A stretch of DNA of 64,000 bases, taken from positions 7,629 to 71,628 of the IMG/VR virus record IMGVR_UViG_3300047280_000041, one strand, 5' to 3'. The position numbers and the translations under genes are program-made. Positions 63,819-64,000 of this stretch are shown piece by piece (the first letter of the stretch is position 1; every line of letters begins with the position of its first letter). This DNA comes from a virus (lineage: Duplodnaviria > Caudoviricetes). Under the pieces are notes generated by a model, which was not told where the DNA came from, did no database searches, and worked only from the letters and a program-made list of their open reading frames with translations.

Positions 63819-64000
63819 TAGTAGGGGGGGGGTAGTTTGAGTATTCGGCCTACGGCCTGTAAGTCCTACCTCCATACCCCGCTATCAAAATTTCCCAAAA
63901 CCCGACTGCTTATTTTTTGCGCAATCTTTTCGCCCAACCACAATCCATTCTTGTTTGAATGTCCTACTGAAGTTGAAGGGATTGGTTTCTGTGTAAACTG

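Overview
Most of an N4-like (Schitoviridae-type) podophage genome, probably infecting a Proteobacterium (betaproteobacterial host is an inference). On the + strand are the capsid and ejection genes and a 3433-aa cysteine-free virion RNA polymerase. On the - strand are the replication genes (SSB, Sak4-like ATPase, primase, Cas4-like nuclease, NrdJ, ThyX, family A polymerase, helicase), the split RNAP II subunits, gp2 and five GGA-loop hairpin promoters. A + strand block at about 30-42.5 kb holds the tail and lysis genes. Standout observations: (1) a tail-fibre gene ending in CACNCNCSTC fused to a Hint autoprocessing domain, translationally coupled to an accessory protein, a 2OG-Fe(II) oxygenase and a radical SAM/SPASM enzyme, a candidate RiPP-like tail-fibre maturation system; (2) an integrase, excisionase and intact-looking attP matching the 3' half of tRNA-Arg(ACG), suggesting a temperate N4-like phage; (3) a natural Tyr-to-Phe change in vRNAP motif B; (4) an H-NS homolog beside Tad2-like and Acb4-like sponge candidates and a structured 630-bp non-coding region; (5) a tandem array of small paralogs splitting the two RNAP II genes. 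Family assignments come from motif recognition and synteny recalled from memory; no database searches were run.
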